Counted from the first letter of the stretch, positions 12,186-24,832 are shown. The stretch: 64,000 bases of DNA from Octopus vulgaris (GCA_951406725.2 OX597831.1:70060001-70124000); one strand, 5' to 3'. Numbers and translations are program-made. Notes: a model not told the origin generated them from the sequence alone.

Positions 12186-12506
12186 GCAGTCAGACCCGCA
12201 GGTGTCGCCACTGACGTCTCTGTTCGAAGGCTTATATTTACCTAGTTTCAGTGGAATACATCCACTTGTTTTCAATAATAGAAATATTAAAATTACTAAG
12301 TCTCTATAAAAGAGATTATGGCAGCGTTTACTGGAAATTAATTGTTATCGCCATATTAATATGGCATTCTTATAGATATAAGAATAATCGCTGCCATGGT
12401 CAGCTCCATCAGGCCAACGCCATCAAGATAGCTATTGATACACGATCTGTATCCATTATAACCTTCGAACAAGGGAGGTCAGCCGCTTCATACTGCCAGT
12501 CCGACA

Positions 12507-12548
12507 GCTTCAGACGCGTTTCGGGGTATTACCCCTTGTCAATGTAGC
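12507..12548 (-). ncRNA. Second tandem copy of the U3-A8 hammerhead
   Basis: GCTACA-TTGACAA-GGGG taata CCCC-GAAA-CGCG-TC-TGAAGC (one stem I mismatch). Confidence 0.8.
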
Positions 12549-12746
12549 GCAGTCAGACCCGCAGGTTATAATGGATACAGATCGTGTATCAATAGCTATC
12601 TTGATCGCGGTGGCCTGATGGAGCTGACCATGGCAGCGATTATTCTTATATCTATAAGAATGCCATATTAATATGGCGATAACAATTAATTTCCAGTAAA
12701 CGCTGCCATAATCTCTTTTATAGAGACTTAGTAATTTTAATATTTC

Positions 12747-12789
<43 letters not shown>

Positions 12790-12790
<1 letters not shown>

Positions 12791-13514
12791 TGTGTAAATT
12801 ATAGGGGTAAAACATTAGTATAATTTATTACCAGTGGTTTGCATGTGTAATAAAAGTCATTAAACAACATATTTTCATATATAAGAGTGTATAAAGATTT
12901 ATACACAGAGAGAAGACCCTTGATAGGACATCTTACATGCTAAAAAGGGCAGTTAATCCCAAACCATGAAGAAAATAATCCTAAAGGCACACTGATTAGA
13001 ATGAAAAAAAATATTATTAGTTAATCCACACCACTATTAATGAGCAAATAAATTAATTTTTCCATCTGTGGTTTATCAGTGGGCTCATTAAGACAATGCA
13101 TAATTATATAGCTTAATATGTATTGAAAAAACACATGTGAACTGCATTTTTATACATTATGGATTTAAATCAAGCACACAAGTGCTGTCACATGGCCAGC
13201 AGCAAATAATAAGTTTAAATTGCATACTATATGGCCTCAGAATTAGGAAAATTTAATTGTGTAAATTATAGGGGTAAAAAATTTAGAATAATTTATTACC
13301 AGTGGTTTGCATGGATAATAAAAGTCATACGACAACACATTTTCATATATAGGCACAGGAGTGGCTGTGTGGTAAGTAGCTTGCTAACCAACCACATGAT
13401 TCCGGGTTCAGTCCTACTGCATGGCATCTTGGGCAAGTGTCTTCTGCTATAGCCCCGGGCCAACCAATGCTTTGTGAGTGGATTTGGTAGACGGAAACTG
13501 AAAAAAGCCTGTCG

Positions 13515-13565
<51 letters not shown>

Positions 13566-13912
13566 TTGTGTGTCTGTCCCCCTAGCATTGCTTGACAACC
13601 GATGCTGGTGTGTTTACGTCCCCGTCACTTAGCGGTTTGGCAAAAGAGACCGATAAGTACTGGGCTTACAAAGAATAAGTCCCGGGGTCAATTTGCCCAA
13701 CTAAAGGCGGTGCTCCAGCATGGCCGCAGGCAAATGACTGAAACAAGTAAAAGAGTAAAAGAGTAAAAGAGTAAGTGTGTATGAAGATTTATACACAGAG
13801 AGAAGACCCTTGACAGTACTTCTTGCATATGTGGTTTGGGTCTAACTGCCCTTTTTAGCATGTAAGAAGTCCTGTCAAAGGTCTTCTCTCTGTGTATAAA
13901 TCTTTCATATAT
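12790..13912. repeat. Diverged tandem duplication (12790-12965 / 13257-13830, second copy split by a SINE) ending in an inverted arm; PLE-like layout
   Basis: TGTGTAAATTATAGGGGTAAAA..TTACCAGTGGTTTGCATG occurs twice. 13832-13912 is the reverse complement of ~12885-12965. Confidence 0.7.
13351..13774 (+). mobile_element. SINE family A, full length
   Basis: Near-identical to 871-1290. Confidence 0.9.
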
Positions 13913-14239
13913 ACACAAACACACATTCATATATCCACAAACACACACACACTCACACACATACACACACACATGTATAACAAAATAGAAATCTGGCAAA
14001 TTTTGGGTATTATTTATACACCATTACACATGCTTCAATTGTGCATGTTGAATGAACATGTAAAAAAAATTTCCGATTAGAAATTCTTAAGATAGTGAAT
14101 CAAATAATATTAATTGATTCTCTATCTCTTCAAGTAATATTTTCGGAATTTTCAACTCTAATATGTCCCTCACATCAATACAGCTATAACTACATACACT
14201 GGATTGTAATACTAGAAGAAGGAAATGTTCTTTTTTTTT

Positions 14240-14538
14240 GTTCCTTCTTGAGGCATGCCTGACTCATAAGGGCCGGTTTCCTGGTTTCGTTGATGTATAG
14301 GTTCCCCACCTGGACGGGACGCCAGTCCATTGCAGGTGAGCTGCAAGATGCAGGAGGAAACAGTGAGAGAAAGTTGTGGCGAAAGAATCAGCAGAATTTC
14401 GCCATTACCTTCTGCCAGAGCCGTGTGGAGCTTAAGTGTTTCGCTCATAAACACACACATCACCCAGTCTGAGATTCGAACTCGCGATCCTTCAACCGCA
14501 AGTCCGCCTGCTCTAGCCACTAGGCCATGTGCCTCCAC
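14240..14538 (-). mobile_element. tRNA-derived SINE, family D variant with a different tail
   Basis: Head GGAGGCACATGGCCTAGTGG..GTTCGAATCTC. Tail shared with 39880-39975. Confidence 0.8.
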
Positions 14539-15727
14539 AATACGAAAATGTGCTTCAAGGGGACACAGCTTGGATATTTTTCATTCCCTATATAATGTCT
14601 GTGTGTGGGTGAGTGTGTGCATGTGTGTGCATGAGAGTGTACTGTGTATGTGAGTGAGTACTTTTACATCTCTTTGTCTTGAGATAGCATATTATAAATG
14701 AGCTTCACTGTCATCTGAGTATTTGTTGGCCATCTTCCATGAAATTATGTCCAGCATTTGCTTTATTTGAATTTTGAAGGATTAGGGAAAAATTACTTTT
14801 CTTGGAAGCAGGTGAGAGTTGGTTACAGAGGGAGCATGCAACTACAGAAGATCTACTGCAATAAATTCTATCTAATCCACTCAAGCCAGAAAAAGTAGAC
14901 ATGAAAACGAAAGTGATAGTAAGACACTGCCACTAAAGACCTGGTGAAATGTAATGGAAATATATTGGAAGATTGTGTGGTTCCATTTATGCATGTTATT
15001 AATGTAAATGTCATTGCCTCTGAGCAGTGCCAAGATGATGACACGTAGGATGGCAGAATTGTTAGCACATCTGGTAAAATGCATAGTGACGTTTCTTCCT
15101 GCTTTTCTGAGTTCAAATCCAACTGAGGTCAACTTTGCCCTTCATCTTTCCTTTATTTTTCACAAGACTTCAGACCTTGTGCCTAGAATTAAAAGGATTA
15201 TTGAAGTATAGTGAATTACAGCAGTCTGTGTTGTCTGAGAAAGAGGATTCTGCAATTTCTTGCTGAACAACCTATACAGATGATTTGTTTGTAGTGATCA
15301 AATGCTTGTGCTGTACTGCGTAGTATTAGTTCTCTCCTTCAAACAAATTGAATTGCATGCACAAGTGCACCACACATCGAGTGTCAAAGTGCTGGTGGAG
15401 CAACATGAAATGAAGCGTTTTTCTCAAGAACAAAATTAACCCACTTGTTCCAGTAGTGAAATCATGAATTAGCAATTATGGGTGCAACACCTTAACCACT
15501 AGGCCTTACCTGTATTGTGAATGCCAAATAATTATATATAAGAAAATATAATTAGTGTTGCTGTAAGATAGCGTTAAAGTGAAAATCTTTAGAGAGACTA
15601 TTTAGAATTCCCAACAGTCCTCAACAATAAGCTCCCTGCTGAGATATTAGAAGTGTATTTTATTTTCCTCAGAACCTACATTTAATATTTTTTCTGTGCT
15701 TAATTGGGTGACATCAGCATTTTTTAC

Positions 15728-16033
<306 letters not shown>

Positions 16034-16894
16034 TGTGTACTCTTACACATGCACATGTATATAAACTCACTCATAATCAGACACATTTATTTGCTATCCA
16101 CATGTCATTTATAAATACACCTGTCTACATGACTATGTGTACATGATGTGTGAGTATGTCTGCGTTTAAACTGTCAGGTATATATATAACACTCCAATTT
16201 CAACAATATCTCATAATTAGGAAGAATTGATGACATTTAGCAAAATCCAAAAAAGCAAATATGGAAATGACAGATTTCTTCCAGAGATTCCATTAGTGAT
16301 GTCTCTTGAAAAAGTTAGAAACCAATAAATGTGTTTTCATTGCTCCAGATGTACTTATTGCAGCCATTACCTCCCTCCCTCCCTCCTCTCTCTCCTTCTT
16401 TCCTCCCTCCCTCCTCTCTCTCATTCTTTCCTCCTTACATTTCTTTCTCTCTTTCTTGTCTCTCATTTCTTCTCTTTCTCTCAACCACTTCAGCAGATAT
16501 TAATATTAAAATATTATAGCTGAATATTACACTATCTTGTTTGTATATATTTCATGTCTATTAATATATTTATTGAAAATAACATTTATCTCATTAGTGT
16601 TCTCAGTTCACAAAAAAAAAAAAAAAGGAAAAATACAATATTAAATTCAAATAAGAATTGAATACAGATTGTTGATATTTGCTTTTTGGCTTCTTTTTTT
16701 TCCTATTATGGTTTATATGTGAAGAAGAAAGGGAATGGTTCATCGTTTGCAGGAATCATTTTGAAGGAGAAGCAATTAAGGAATAAACTTGATTCAATAT
16801 GAAGTTCCCACATGTTTAAAAGTGAATCGCTTTGGCTTTCTCAACTACTCAATTCATCTTACTTGTGTTTCCATATAAATTATCATTTGCATTG

Positions 16895-17165
16895 TCCTCC
16901 TCCTCTGCCTCCTCCTTACCTCCTCCTCTGCCTCCTCCTTACCTCCTCCTCTGCCTCCTCCTTACCTCTTCCTCTGCCTCCTCCTCATCTGCCTCCTCAT
17001 CTGCCTCCCCCTCTGCCTCCTCCTCTACCTCCACCTCTACCTCCTCCTCTGCCTCCTCCTTGTCTCCCCCTCTGCCTCCTCCTCTTCCTTCTCCTCCTCC
17101 TCCTCCTCCTCCTCATCATCATCATCATCCTCATCCTCATCATCATCATCATCACCATCATCATC
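16895..17165. repeat. (CCT)n-derived minisatellite followed by (CAT)n
   Basis: Direct inspection. Confidence 0.9.
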
Positions 17166-18059
17166 TCGTTCATAAGTCAATCTCAAAATTTTCCTGGCTG
17201 ACATCCGTGAGACCAATATTTTCAGACTGGAGTTTACTAATATTTTTTCCCCCCCTGTTTTCTTCTTTCGTATTTTGCTGAGAGACATGCTTTTTCAGTC
17301 TCTGCACAAAAATATGCTTCAGCAAGCAGATATTAACTCTTTACATTACACATACAGACTAACAACAACAGCATATTCTTTACACACATATCTTTATTGC
17401 TTCTTCACTTAATCATTTCACTTTTGTAACTTCAATGCAAGTTAGCATTTTCACAAAATAAGTAATAAAGAAAAGAAGTCAGTCATTTGGTCAGTCATTT
17501 GGTCAGTCATCACAGCTAGTAGCCCTAATTTGTAAGAATTCTATAGTTACAATCTAAAACTTTGTTTCTGGTACTTTTTATCAACGATATTTTAGATCCA
17601 CGAAGATTAAGATGACTGAATTGGTAAACTGTTATTCTGCCTTTGGTCTTTACTCTGTTAAGGTCGAATTTCAAATACTGCTTTTATCATTAAAGGGTGG
17701 ATAAAATTAGGCCTAAAACATGTCTGGAGTTATTTCTGATGATGTTATTGTTATCCCACTCTATAAAAATTAACCAACCACAAATGCATAGAGGTTAAAC
17801 AGATTCCAAAATATAAACTGGCCTCAACCTAATAACATTTAGCAATCCAGATAATAAACTTCCAGCTAGACAGTATCCTCTTGATATCAACATACTGAAT
17901 AAGTTCTAGACCAAAATAACTTGCAGAGTGAATATACCATTTTCGCAATTGAAAGCCTGTGACATGAGTAACATACATAGTATTTTTAACTTGTCAAATA
18001 TTATTTGTATGTGTGTCTTGATAGCAAATCTGTGAAGGAAAACTTCTTATTTTATTCAT

Positions 18060-19850
18060 CATCCTTTAAATTTTAAGAAAATCTTGCAGACTGTTATAGT
18101 CCTAGACTTCAAGATCGTTTGTTGTGTATGAATTAAGGATTTGTGTTCTCTCTCCAATAATACTTTGCTCTAGATGGGTTGATATTTATCCTGTTGCTCC
18201 ATTAACAATAGGTACATAACTAAAAATGTATCTTGGGTGCTGGATTTTCAAACTCTTTATCAATGGTCCATTAATGCCCTCTTTCTCTTGTAGTTTTCTA
18301 ACCACACTGGTGTCTCCAAAGGGCAGCTGATTGCCATAACAAAATACATCCCACACAACAATACCTCTCCAGTTGTGTTTTAACTTGAGGCTTTTTCAGT
18401 TTTCAATTTCCACCAATATTCTTTTGACACATTGGTTTCAGTATTGTTAATTTCCCTGTGTGTGAAGTATGGCCTGTTTACATTTCCATTGATGTTGAAG
18501 TCTCCTGTAACACTGAGCAGCTTTTGAGTTCAAACATCTATAATTGTCACTTGCCTGTTGAGATTGCATCTTCAAGCCATTCATTTTTAGGTTTTTACAG
18601 GAAGGCTCAACTTTTCCAAGCTTTATCATAAAAAATGCAGATTTGGACTCGCCAATTTTCATTTCAGTGTCTGTAGAAAATAGGACAACAAGATCCAATG
18701 GTTATTTTAATGTGGTTCTTATTTGGCCCATATAGTTCCAGGTCATTGTCAAAGAAAAGATAAGACATACTTTTGGAACCATTTCTTTGGCCACTATATT
18801 TTGTGTGCATTTAATATAGTGGATTTAATGAGTGGAAGAAGTGCAGCATTGACAGGCTGTCTCCCTGAAAGACACCTTTTAGGTAGCAAATGCAATCAGA
18901 CTCAATTTATTCCTTATCACTCCTAAGAAGCAAAGTGGTGTACCAAGTCTTGGTCAGGCATTCGGTAGCTGTTACTAGTGGTTGCTAGACTTTGGCTAAC
19001 TGTAAAGCCTTGATAATCCACCCAAGTGATATACTAATTAAAGCCTTCTGGTAGTCCAGCCACAGTTGAATTCCTGCAAAATTTTACTGTTTTTTCCCTG
19101 GATCATTTTGCTATTTAGTAACTGTTATATACAGCCCCACACTGTCTATCCTACAACTTGCTCAGGGGGTACAATGATGCCGCAAGAATAGATTGAGGTA
19201 CCCAGTGTATAATTTGTACATCTTGTTCTAATAGGCTTTCGGGCAATAATTTTTAGCAGGGGTGGTTTGGCTGTTTTGGGGAATAAGGAGAGTAGTTGCT
19301 GTTGATAACTACTGGGTCAGTTCTTGTGTGTCCTTGATACATTCTCCATACAACCAAATGAGATCTTACTCATAAGAGGTAAAATTATTCAGCCAGTAGT
19401 AGCCTGGGGATATCCTGTTCAACACTTTCTGCAGAATTGTTTCCAGTATTTCACCATCTATTTCATATTGCTTTTGCTAGGCATGCGGGTAATAGTTGTG
19501 GTTCAGTTTTTTTAGCCATATGGCTTGTTTCATTTGTTTTCCATACAGATCTCTAGTAGCCTTTAATCTGATCTTTTCTGTGAGTGTTTTTTTTTTTTAC
19601 TGAGAATGAGCGTTTTACATTGAAGTTGTGATAGGCTGACTTGGGTTATCAGGCAAATATTTTAGTGAGCCTTTACCATTTATATGCTATAGATATATAC
19701 ATATCTTTCAGTTTTTCAGCTAGTACAGCTTGGCGTTTACGTTTTTGAATTCTGTACCACCAAATTGCCACCCTATTGAATTTCTGAGGTCTTCATGATG
19801 TTGTGTGAAGTTCTTCTCTGTGCTTCATTTCATAACTACAACAATCTGTG
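18060..19850 (-). pseudogene. Decayed, internally deleted R4/Dong-type non-LTR retrotransposon (RT and endonuclease remnants)
   Basis: Minus-strand peptides WIIKALQLAKV, GVFQGDSLS, DDL-LYGP-like motif, and C-terminal ISCPL..YVPIVNGATG. Many stops and frameshifts. Confidence 0.75.
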
Positions 19851-19894
19851 AGATAATTCTGTGTAGAAAACAAAATTTTATTTCTTAAATTACA

Positions 19895-20305
19895 TACTCT
19901 TTTACTCTTTTACTTGTTTCAGTCATTTCACTGCGGCCATGCCGGAGCACCGCCTTTTAATCGAGCAACTCGACCCCGGGACTTATTCTTTTGTAAGCCC
20001 AGTACTTATTCTATCGGTCTCTCTTGCTGAACCGCTAAGTAACGAGGACATAAACACACCAGCATCGGTTGTCAAGCAATGCTAGGGGACAAACACAGAC
20101 ACACAAACACACACACACACACATATATATATACATATATACGACAGGCTTCTTTCAGTTTCCGTCTACCAAATCCACTCACAAGGCTTTGGTCGGCCCG
20201 AGGCTATAGTAGAAGATACTTGCCCAAAGTGCCACGCAGTGGGACTGAACCCAGAACCATGTGGTTGGTAGACAAGCTACTTACCACACAGCCACACCTG
20301 CACCT
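19895..20305 (-). mobile_element. SINE family A, full length
   Basis: Reverse complement of 871-1290. Confidence 0.9.
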
Positions 20306-20309
20306 ACAT

Positions 20310-21560
20310 GTCTATACTAGTTCAAGTTTTATGCTTGTATCCTGAGTGCATGGCTTCAGCTGTTTGTAGCACATTAGTAATGTAATAGCTGAGATATATA
20401 TCAAAAGGTTTATGGTTTTGTAGATTGTTCTCATACTTCTAGACTGTGGGGGTCTTCAGATATTTGTTTGCTATTTTGTTTACAGCTTCTAATTCTAATT
20501 TACTGGTATTCTTATTTATACTAGTGTTGCATGGCCTGCCATTCAAATTAAGGTTATGGACCTTTTGTTGTTTTGGATAGACAAGAAAACGTATGGATCG
20601 TCATAGATATCAGCCGTCCTTCTGATGTGAATATCTCTTTGAAAATCAAAGAGAAAGAGAATAACTATGGACAACTACTTCAAAACCTCTAAATCCCAGA
20701 CTACAACAGGATCCAATTGTTTTTTTAATGTGGTTCTTATTTGGCCCATATAGTTTCAAGTCATCGACAAAGAAAAGATAAGAGATACTTTTGGAACCAT
20801 TTCTTTGGCCACTATATTTTGTGTGCATTTAATATAGTGGATTTAATGAGTGGAAGAAGTGCAGCATTGACAGGCTGTCTCCCTGAAAGATACCTTTTTG
20901 GTAGCAAATGCAATCAGGTTCAATTTGCAAGTGATCCCCCAGATCACTTGCAAGGTGTCCACAAGTTTTTGGCGCTCTATCTTTACACTATAGGTATAGA
21001 TTTCAGTTAAATTGTTGGTGTGTGGTTTACTGATAGATTTAGCTGACCAAAGGCAGCGAGCTGGCAGACACGTTAGCACGTCAGGCGAAATGCTTAGCGG
21101 TATTTCGGTTGCCGTTACGTTGTGAGTTCAAATTTTGCCGAGGTCGACTTTGCCTTTCATCCTTTCGGGGTCGATAAATTAAGTACCAGTTACGTGCTGG
21201 GGTCGATGTAATCGACTTAATACCTATGTCTGTCCTTGTTTGTCCCCTCTGTGTTTAGCCCCTTGTGGGTAGTAAAGAAATAGATTTAGCTGACCATTCT
21301 GTTTGTCCATCAGTGGAAGCAAGATGAATATCTTCACTAGCTGGCTTTATAGTGTCAGACTGCATTGGATCAGACATTAATGTTACATGTAACGATTTAT
21401 ATCTAATGATAGGTTTTGCATGTTCATTTAAAGGTTTTGAGGAAAAATCTAATTCTGGGGGTTTGGAGTCCCACAAATTCTTTAGCCTTTGCACAGAACT
21501 AAACTTTTGGGGATCTGATTCTATATATGCTTCTTATAAATCTTTAACTTCATAGCTCTA
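20310..21560 (-). pseudogene. Rearranged R4/Dong-type fragments
   Basis: ORF 20646-20828 has the RT motif LFFVDDLKLYGP. 20715-20920 duplicates 18695-18900. N-terminal-like MQRLKNLWDSKPPEL. Embedded + strand piece IVIDISRPSDVNI at 20567-20705. Confidence 0.7.
21050..21281 (+). mobile_element. SINE family B with 17-bp TSD
   Basis: TSD ATAGATTTAGCTGACCA at 21033-21049 and 21280-21296. Confidence 0.95.
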
Positions 21561-21566
21561 TTATAT

Positions 21567-22510
21567 TGTGTAAGCTTGCGAGAAATGAAGCCAGTATGCT
21601 CCGATGGATGTGTAATGTCAGTGTGCATGCTCGACAGAGCGTTAGTACCCTGAGAGAAATGTTGGACCTAAGGAGCATCAGTTGTGGTGTGCAAGAGAGA
21701 CGATTGCGCTGGTATGGTCATGTGGCGAGAATGGATGAAGATAGGTGTGTGAAAAAGTGCCAATCCCTAGCAGTGGAGGGAACCCGTGGAAGAGGTAGAC
21801 CCAGGAAAACTTGGGACGAGGTGGTGAAGCACGACCTTCGAACTTTAGGTCTCACTGAGAAAATGACCAGTGACCGAGACCTTTGGAAATATGCTGTGCG
21901 TGAAAAGACCAGGCAGGACAAGTGATTCCAGCCCACTTATGCATGCCTTTCCTCCCTTGGACACACAAAGACCTGTTGAGGCAAGCGAAGTTGATATTGA
22001 ACCTCATCCGACGACAGGCACCTTGCTTGCGAAGACCTGTTGGGGCAAGTGAAATCGAAATTGGAATCGAAATTGAACCAATCCTATGACTGGCACCCGG
22101 CAGATGCCAGGACCTCTGGACTGGAGATACGTAAAAAGCACTATCCGAATCGTGGACTATGCCAGCGCCGCCTCGACTGGCTTCCGTGTCGGTGGTACAT
22201 AAAAAAGCACCATCCGAATTGTGGCCGAAGCCAGTGCCGCCTCGACTGGCTTCCGTGCAGGTGGCACGTAAAATGCACCAATCCGACCGTGGCTGATGCC
22301 AGCCTCGCCTGGCACCAGTGCAGGTGGCACGTAAAAAGCACCCACTACACTCACGGGGTGGTTGGCGTTAGGAAGGGCATCCAGCTGTAGAAACATTGCC
22401 AGATAAGACCGGAGCCTGGTGCAGCCTTCTGTCTTCCCAGATCCCCGGTCGAACCGTCCAACCCATGCTAGGATGGAGAACGGACGTTAAACGATGATGA
22501 TGATGATGAT
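21567..22510 (+). mobile_element. 5'-truncated RTE LINE (ORF C-terminus, repeated 3'UTR, (GAT)n tail)
   Basis: RRLRWYGHVARM..RGRGRPRKTW. Near-identical to 44268-44620. Confidence 0.92.
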
Positions 22511-23118
22511 TTTTGTCTTGATGTGGTCGAAGTAGACACATACATTTTGCCATGATGATTTTGTCTATTCATTGATATTTGTATTTGTTTTTCAAAATAG
22601 ACGATGATCTTCTTTAAAATTTTCAGCAAAGTTTTGCCAGAATTAAATTTAAAATTGTTCACAGCTTGGGTAATCTTTCCTTTCAGGTTGTTTTTAATTC
22701 TACAATTGTATTTTAACGTACATATTGAGCATTTAAAAATTTTTTTCTGTGAATTACTTTGAAACATTACTTGGCTTATTTCTTTATCTCTGTATAACAT
22801 TACAGTGCCATGTTTACTTAAACATGTTAAAATGTATGTATCATTTATATAGAAATGCTGCAATATACATAATGTTTTAAAAAAAACTAATGTAGAAATA
22901 TTTATTTCTAATCTTACCACATTCTGTAGCACATCTTCTTCAATATTTAGCATGCTGCCTTCTTATAAGTAGTAAATACACACGTCCAATAATCGAACTG
23001 ACCACAACAGTTGTTATATGTATGTGTGTATATATTTGTCTATCTATCTATCTATCTGTCTGTCTATATATATATATATACATATATATATATGTGTATA
23101 TATATATATATATATATA

Positions 23119-23297
23119 CTTTATTTAAAGCAGCAGAAAATTCAACAAAACCTGTTACTCTGAGTTTCCCGTTGCCGTTCATCAGACAGGTTTTGTTGAA
23201 TTTTCTGCTGCTTTAAATAAAGCATATTACTCTACCACTGGTATTTAAGTACTCTTTTTCCCACCTTGTTTCACATTTATGTGTTTACTCCGGTACA
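23119..23297. mobile_element. Short PLE-like insertion in (TA)n: 37-bp perfect hairpin enclosing a hammerhead core
   Basis: 23119-23155 is the reverse complement of 23186-23222. Same family as 30953-31347. Confidence 0.8.
23151..23190 (-). ncRNA. Hammerhead with canonical core
   Basis: CCTGT-CTGATGA-ACG gcaa CGG-GAAA-CTC a GAG-TA-ACAGG. One stem II mismatch; the sister copy at 31062-31099 has CGT. Confidence 0.8.
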
Positions 23298-23308
23298 TAT
23301 ATATATAT

Positions 23309-24265
23309 ATATGAATAAAAAATGGAGTTAACGCAGGTTTAAACAAGTATTTTTACTTTCTACATATGTTTCGAAAATTCCACTGATACTATTCAAAAGA
23401 ATAAATGGTATAAACAATGCAATCTTCTCTTCGGGAAAGTGAAAAAACGAAACTCGTCAATACGACATTTTAGCAAAAAATGATGGATTTGTATAGCGAT
23501 AGACAGAACGCTATTAATATTGTTTAAAAAAACGTTATATGATATAACGTCATAAGTAGCTAACAGAAAGAGTAGGGATATTAATAGTGAATGTTAAATA
23601 TAAAGGAAATTAAAGTTTAAATTATATATAATGATAGAGACTACTTATATGCACTAAATGTATGTTTCTGCCAATGATTACATCTGTATGCTCGTTCTAT
23701 AACCGTGTTTACTAGAGTATTTTTAGAACGAGCATACAGATGTAAGCATTGGCAGAAACATACATTTAGTGCATATAAGTAGTCTCTATCATTATATATA
23801 ATTTAAACTTTAATTTCCTTTATATTTAACATTCACTATTAATATCCCTACTCTTTCTGTTAGCTACTTATGACGTTATATCATATAACGTTTTTTTAAA
23901 CAATATTAATAGCGTTCTGTCTATCGCTATACAAATCCATCATTTTTTGCTAAAATGTCGTATTGACGAGTTTCGTTTTTTCACTTTCCCGAAGAGAAGA
24001 TTGCATTGTTTATACCATTTATTCTTTTGAATAGTATCAGTGGAATTTTCGAAACATATGCAGAAAGTAAAAATACTTGTTTAAACCTGCGTTAACTCCA
24101 TTTTTTATTCATATTATTCAAAATATTCAACGTAAACACGAAGTTTCAACCTTTATAAACAAGGAGTTACAACATCTTTACTTGTGAGATTTTTGCTGCC
24201 CTGGTAACTATTTATTTATTTTTCCGTGTTAATTGTTAACAAGGTAAAAATACACTCATCTATTT
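23309..24265. mobile_element. ~800-bp near-perfect palindrome (arms ~23309-23699 / 23724-24114) plus unique tail, between TA tracts; PLE-like
   Basis: ~390-bp arms, 24-nt loop, only two mismatches seen by eye. Confidence 0.9.
23355..23440 (-). ncRNA. Hammerhead with extended stem II (mirror copy 23983-24068 on + has CA in place of UA)
   Basis: ACTTTC-CCGAAGA-GAAGATTGCATTG..CAGTGGAATTTTC-GAAA-CATATG-TA-GAAAGT. Confidence 0.75.
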
Positions 24266-24329
24266 ATATATATCTATATATATATCTATATATATATCTC
24301 TCTCTCTCTCACTATATATATATATATAT

Positions 24330-24766
24330 ATATATATGAAAAAACAAGTCAAAAATAGAAAATGCTAAGATAATTTTATAGTGAATCTTTCAGTACCGGT
24401 TTCGGTCATTTTGAGACCTTTTCAACTGTAACGATTAAATAATTAAATTTAGAAAAATTAGAAGAAAAGTTTTTTAAAAGAATATTTCTATAGTAGTGTT
24501 CAGATATAAGTGGCATTCTGCCTTTCTCTGACTCCCTTGTTTGCACTGGTGCAAACAAGGGAGTCAGAGAAAGGCAGAATGCCACTTATATCTGAACACT
24601 ACTATAGAAATATTCTTTTAAAAAAACTTTTCTTCTAATTTTTCTAAATTTAATTATTTAATCGTTACAGTTGAAAAGGTCTCAAAATGACCGAAACCGG
24701 TACTGAAAGATTCACTATAAAATTATCTTAGCATTTTCTATTTTTGACATGTTTTTTCATATATAT
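24330..24766. mobile_element. ~435-bp near-perfect palindrome with a 2-nt centre, in a TA tract; PLE-like
   Basis: Centre TTGCAC-TG-GTGCAA at 24541-24554. Arms differ by about one substitution and an A-run length change. Confidence 0.9.
24668..24705 (+). ncRNA. Minimal hammerhead, U3-A8 core variant (mirror copy 24391-24428 on -)
   Basis: CAG-TTGAAAA-GGTC tcaaaat GACC-GAAA-CCGG-TA-CTG. Confidence 0.75.
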
Positions 24767-24792
24767 CAACTCGTGTGTTCCTTTCCACCCTT

Positions 24793-24832
<40 letters not shown>

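Larger units (their letters stand above)
11974..12750 (-). mobile_element. PLE/retrozyme-like element: tandem direct repeats (363-bp period) plus a 5' inverted copy, between TA tracts
   Basis: 11974-12203 repeats at 12337-12565. 12563-12750 is the reverse complement of ~12277-12464. Confidence 0.85.

Noticed and set aside
12251-12815. Two convergent ~100-aa ORFs with the same peptide
   Set aside because: A consequence of the inverted duplication. One ORF runs through the TA repeat.
16812-17288. Pro/Ser/His-rich and acidic ORFs
   Set aside because: (CCT)n/(CAT)n repeat, open in several frames.
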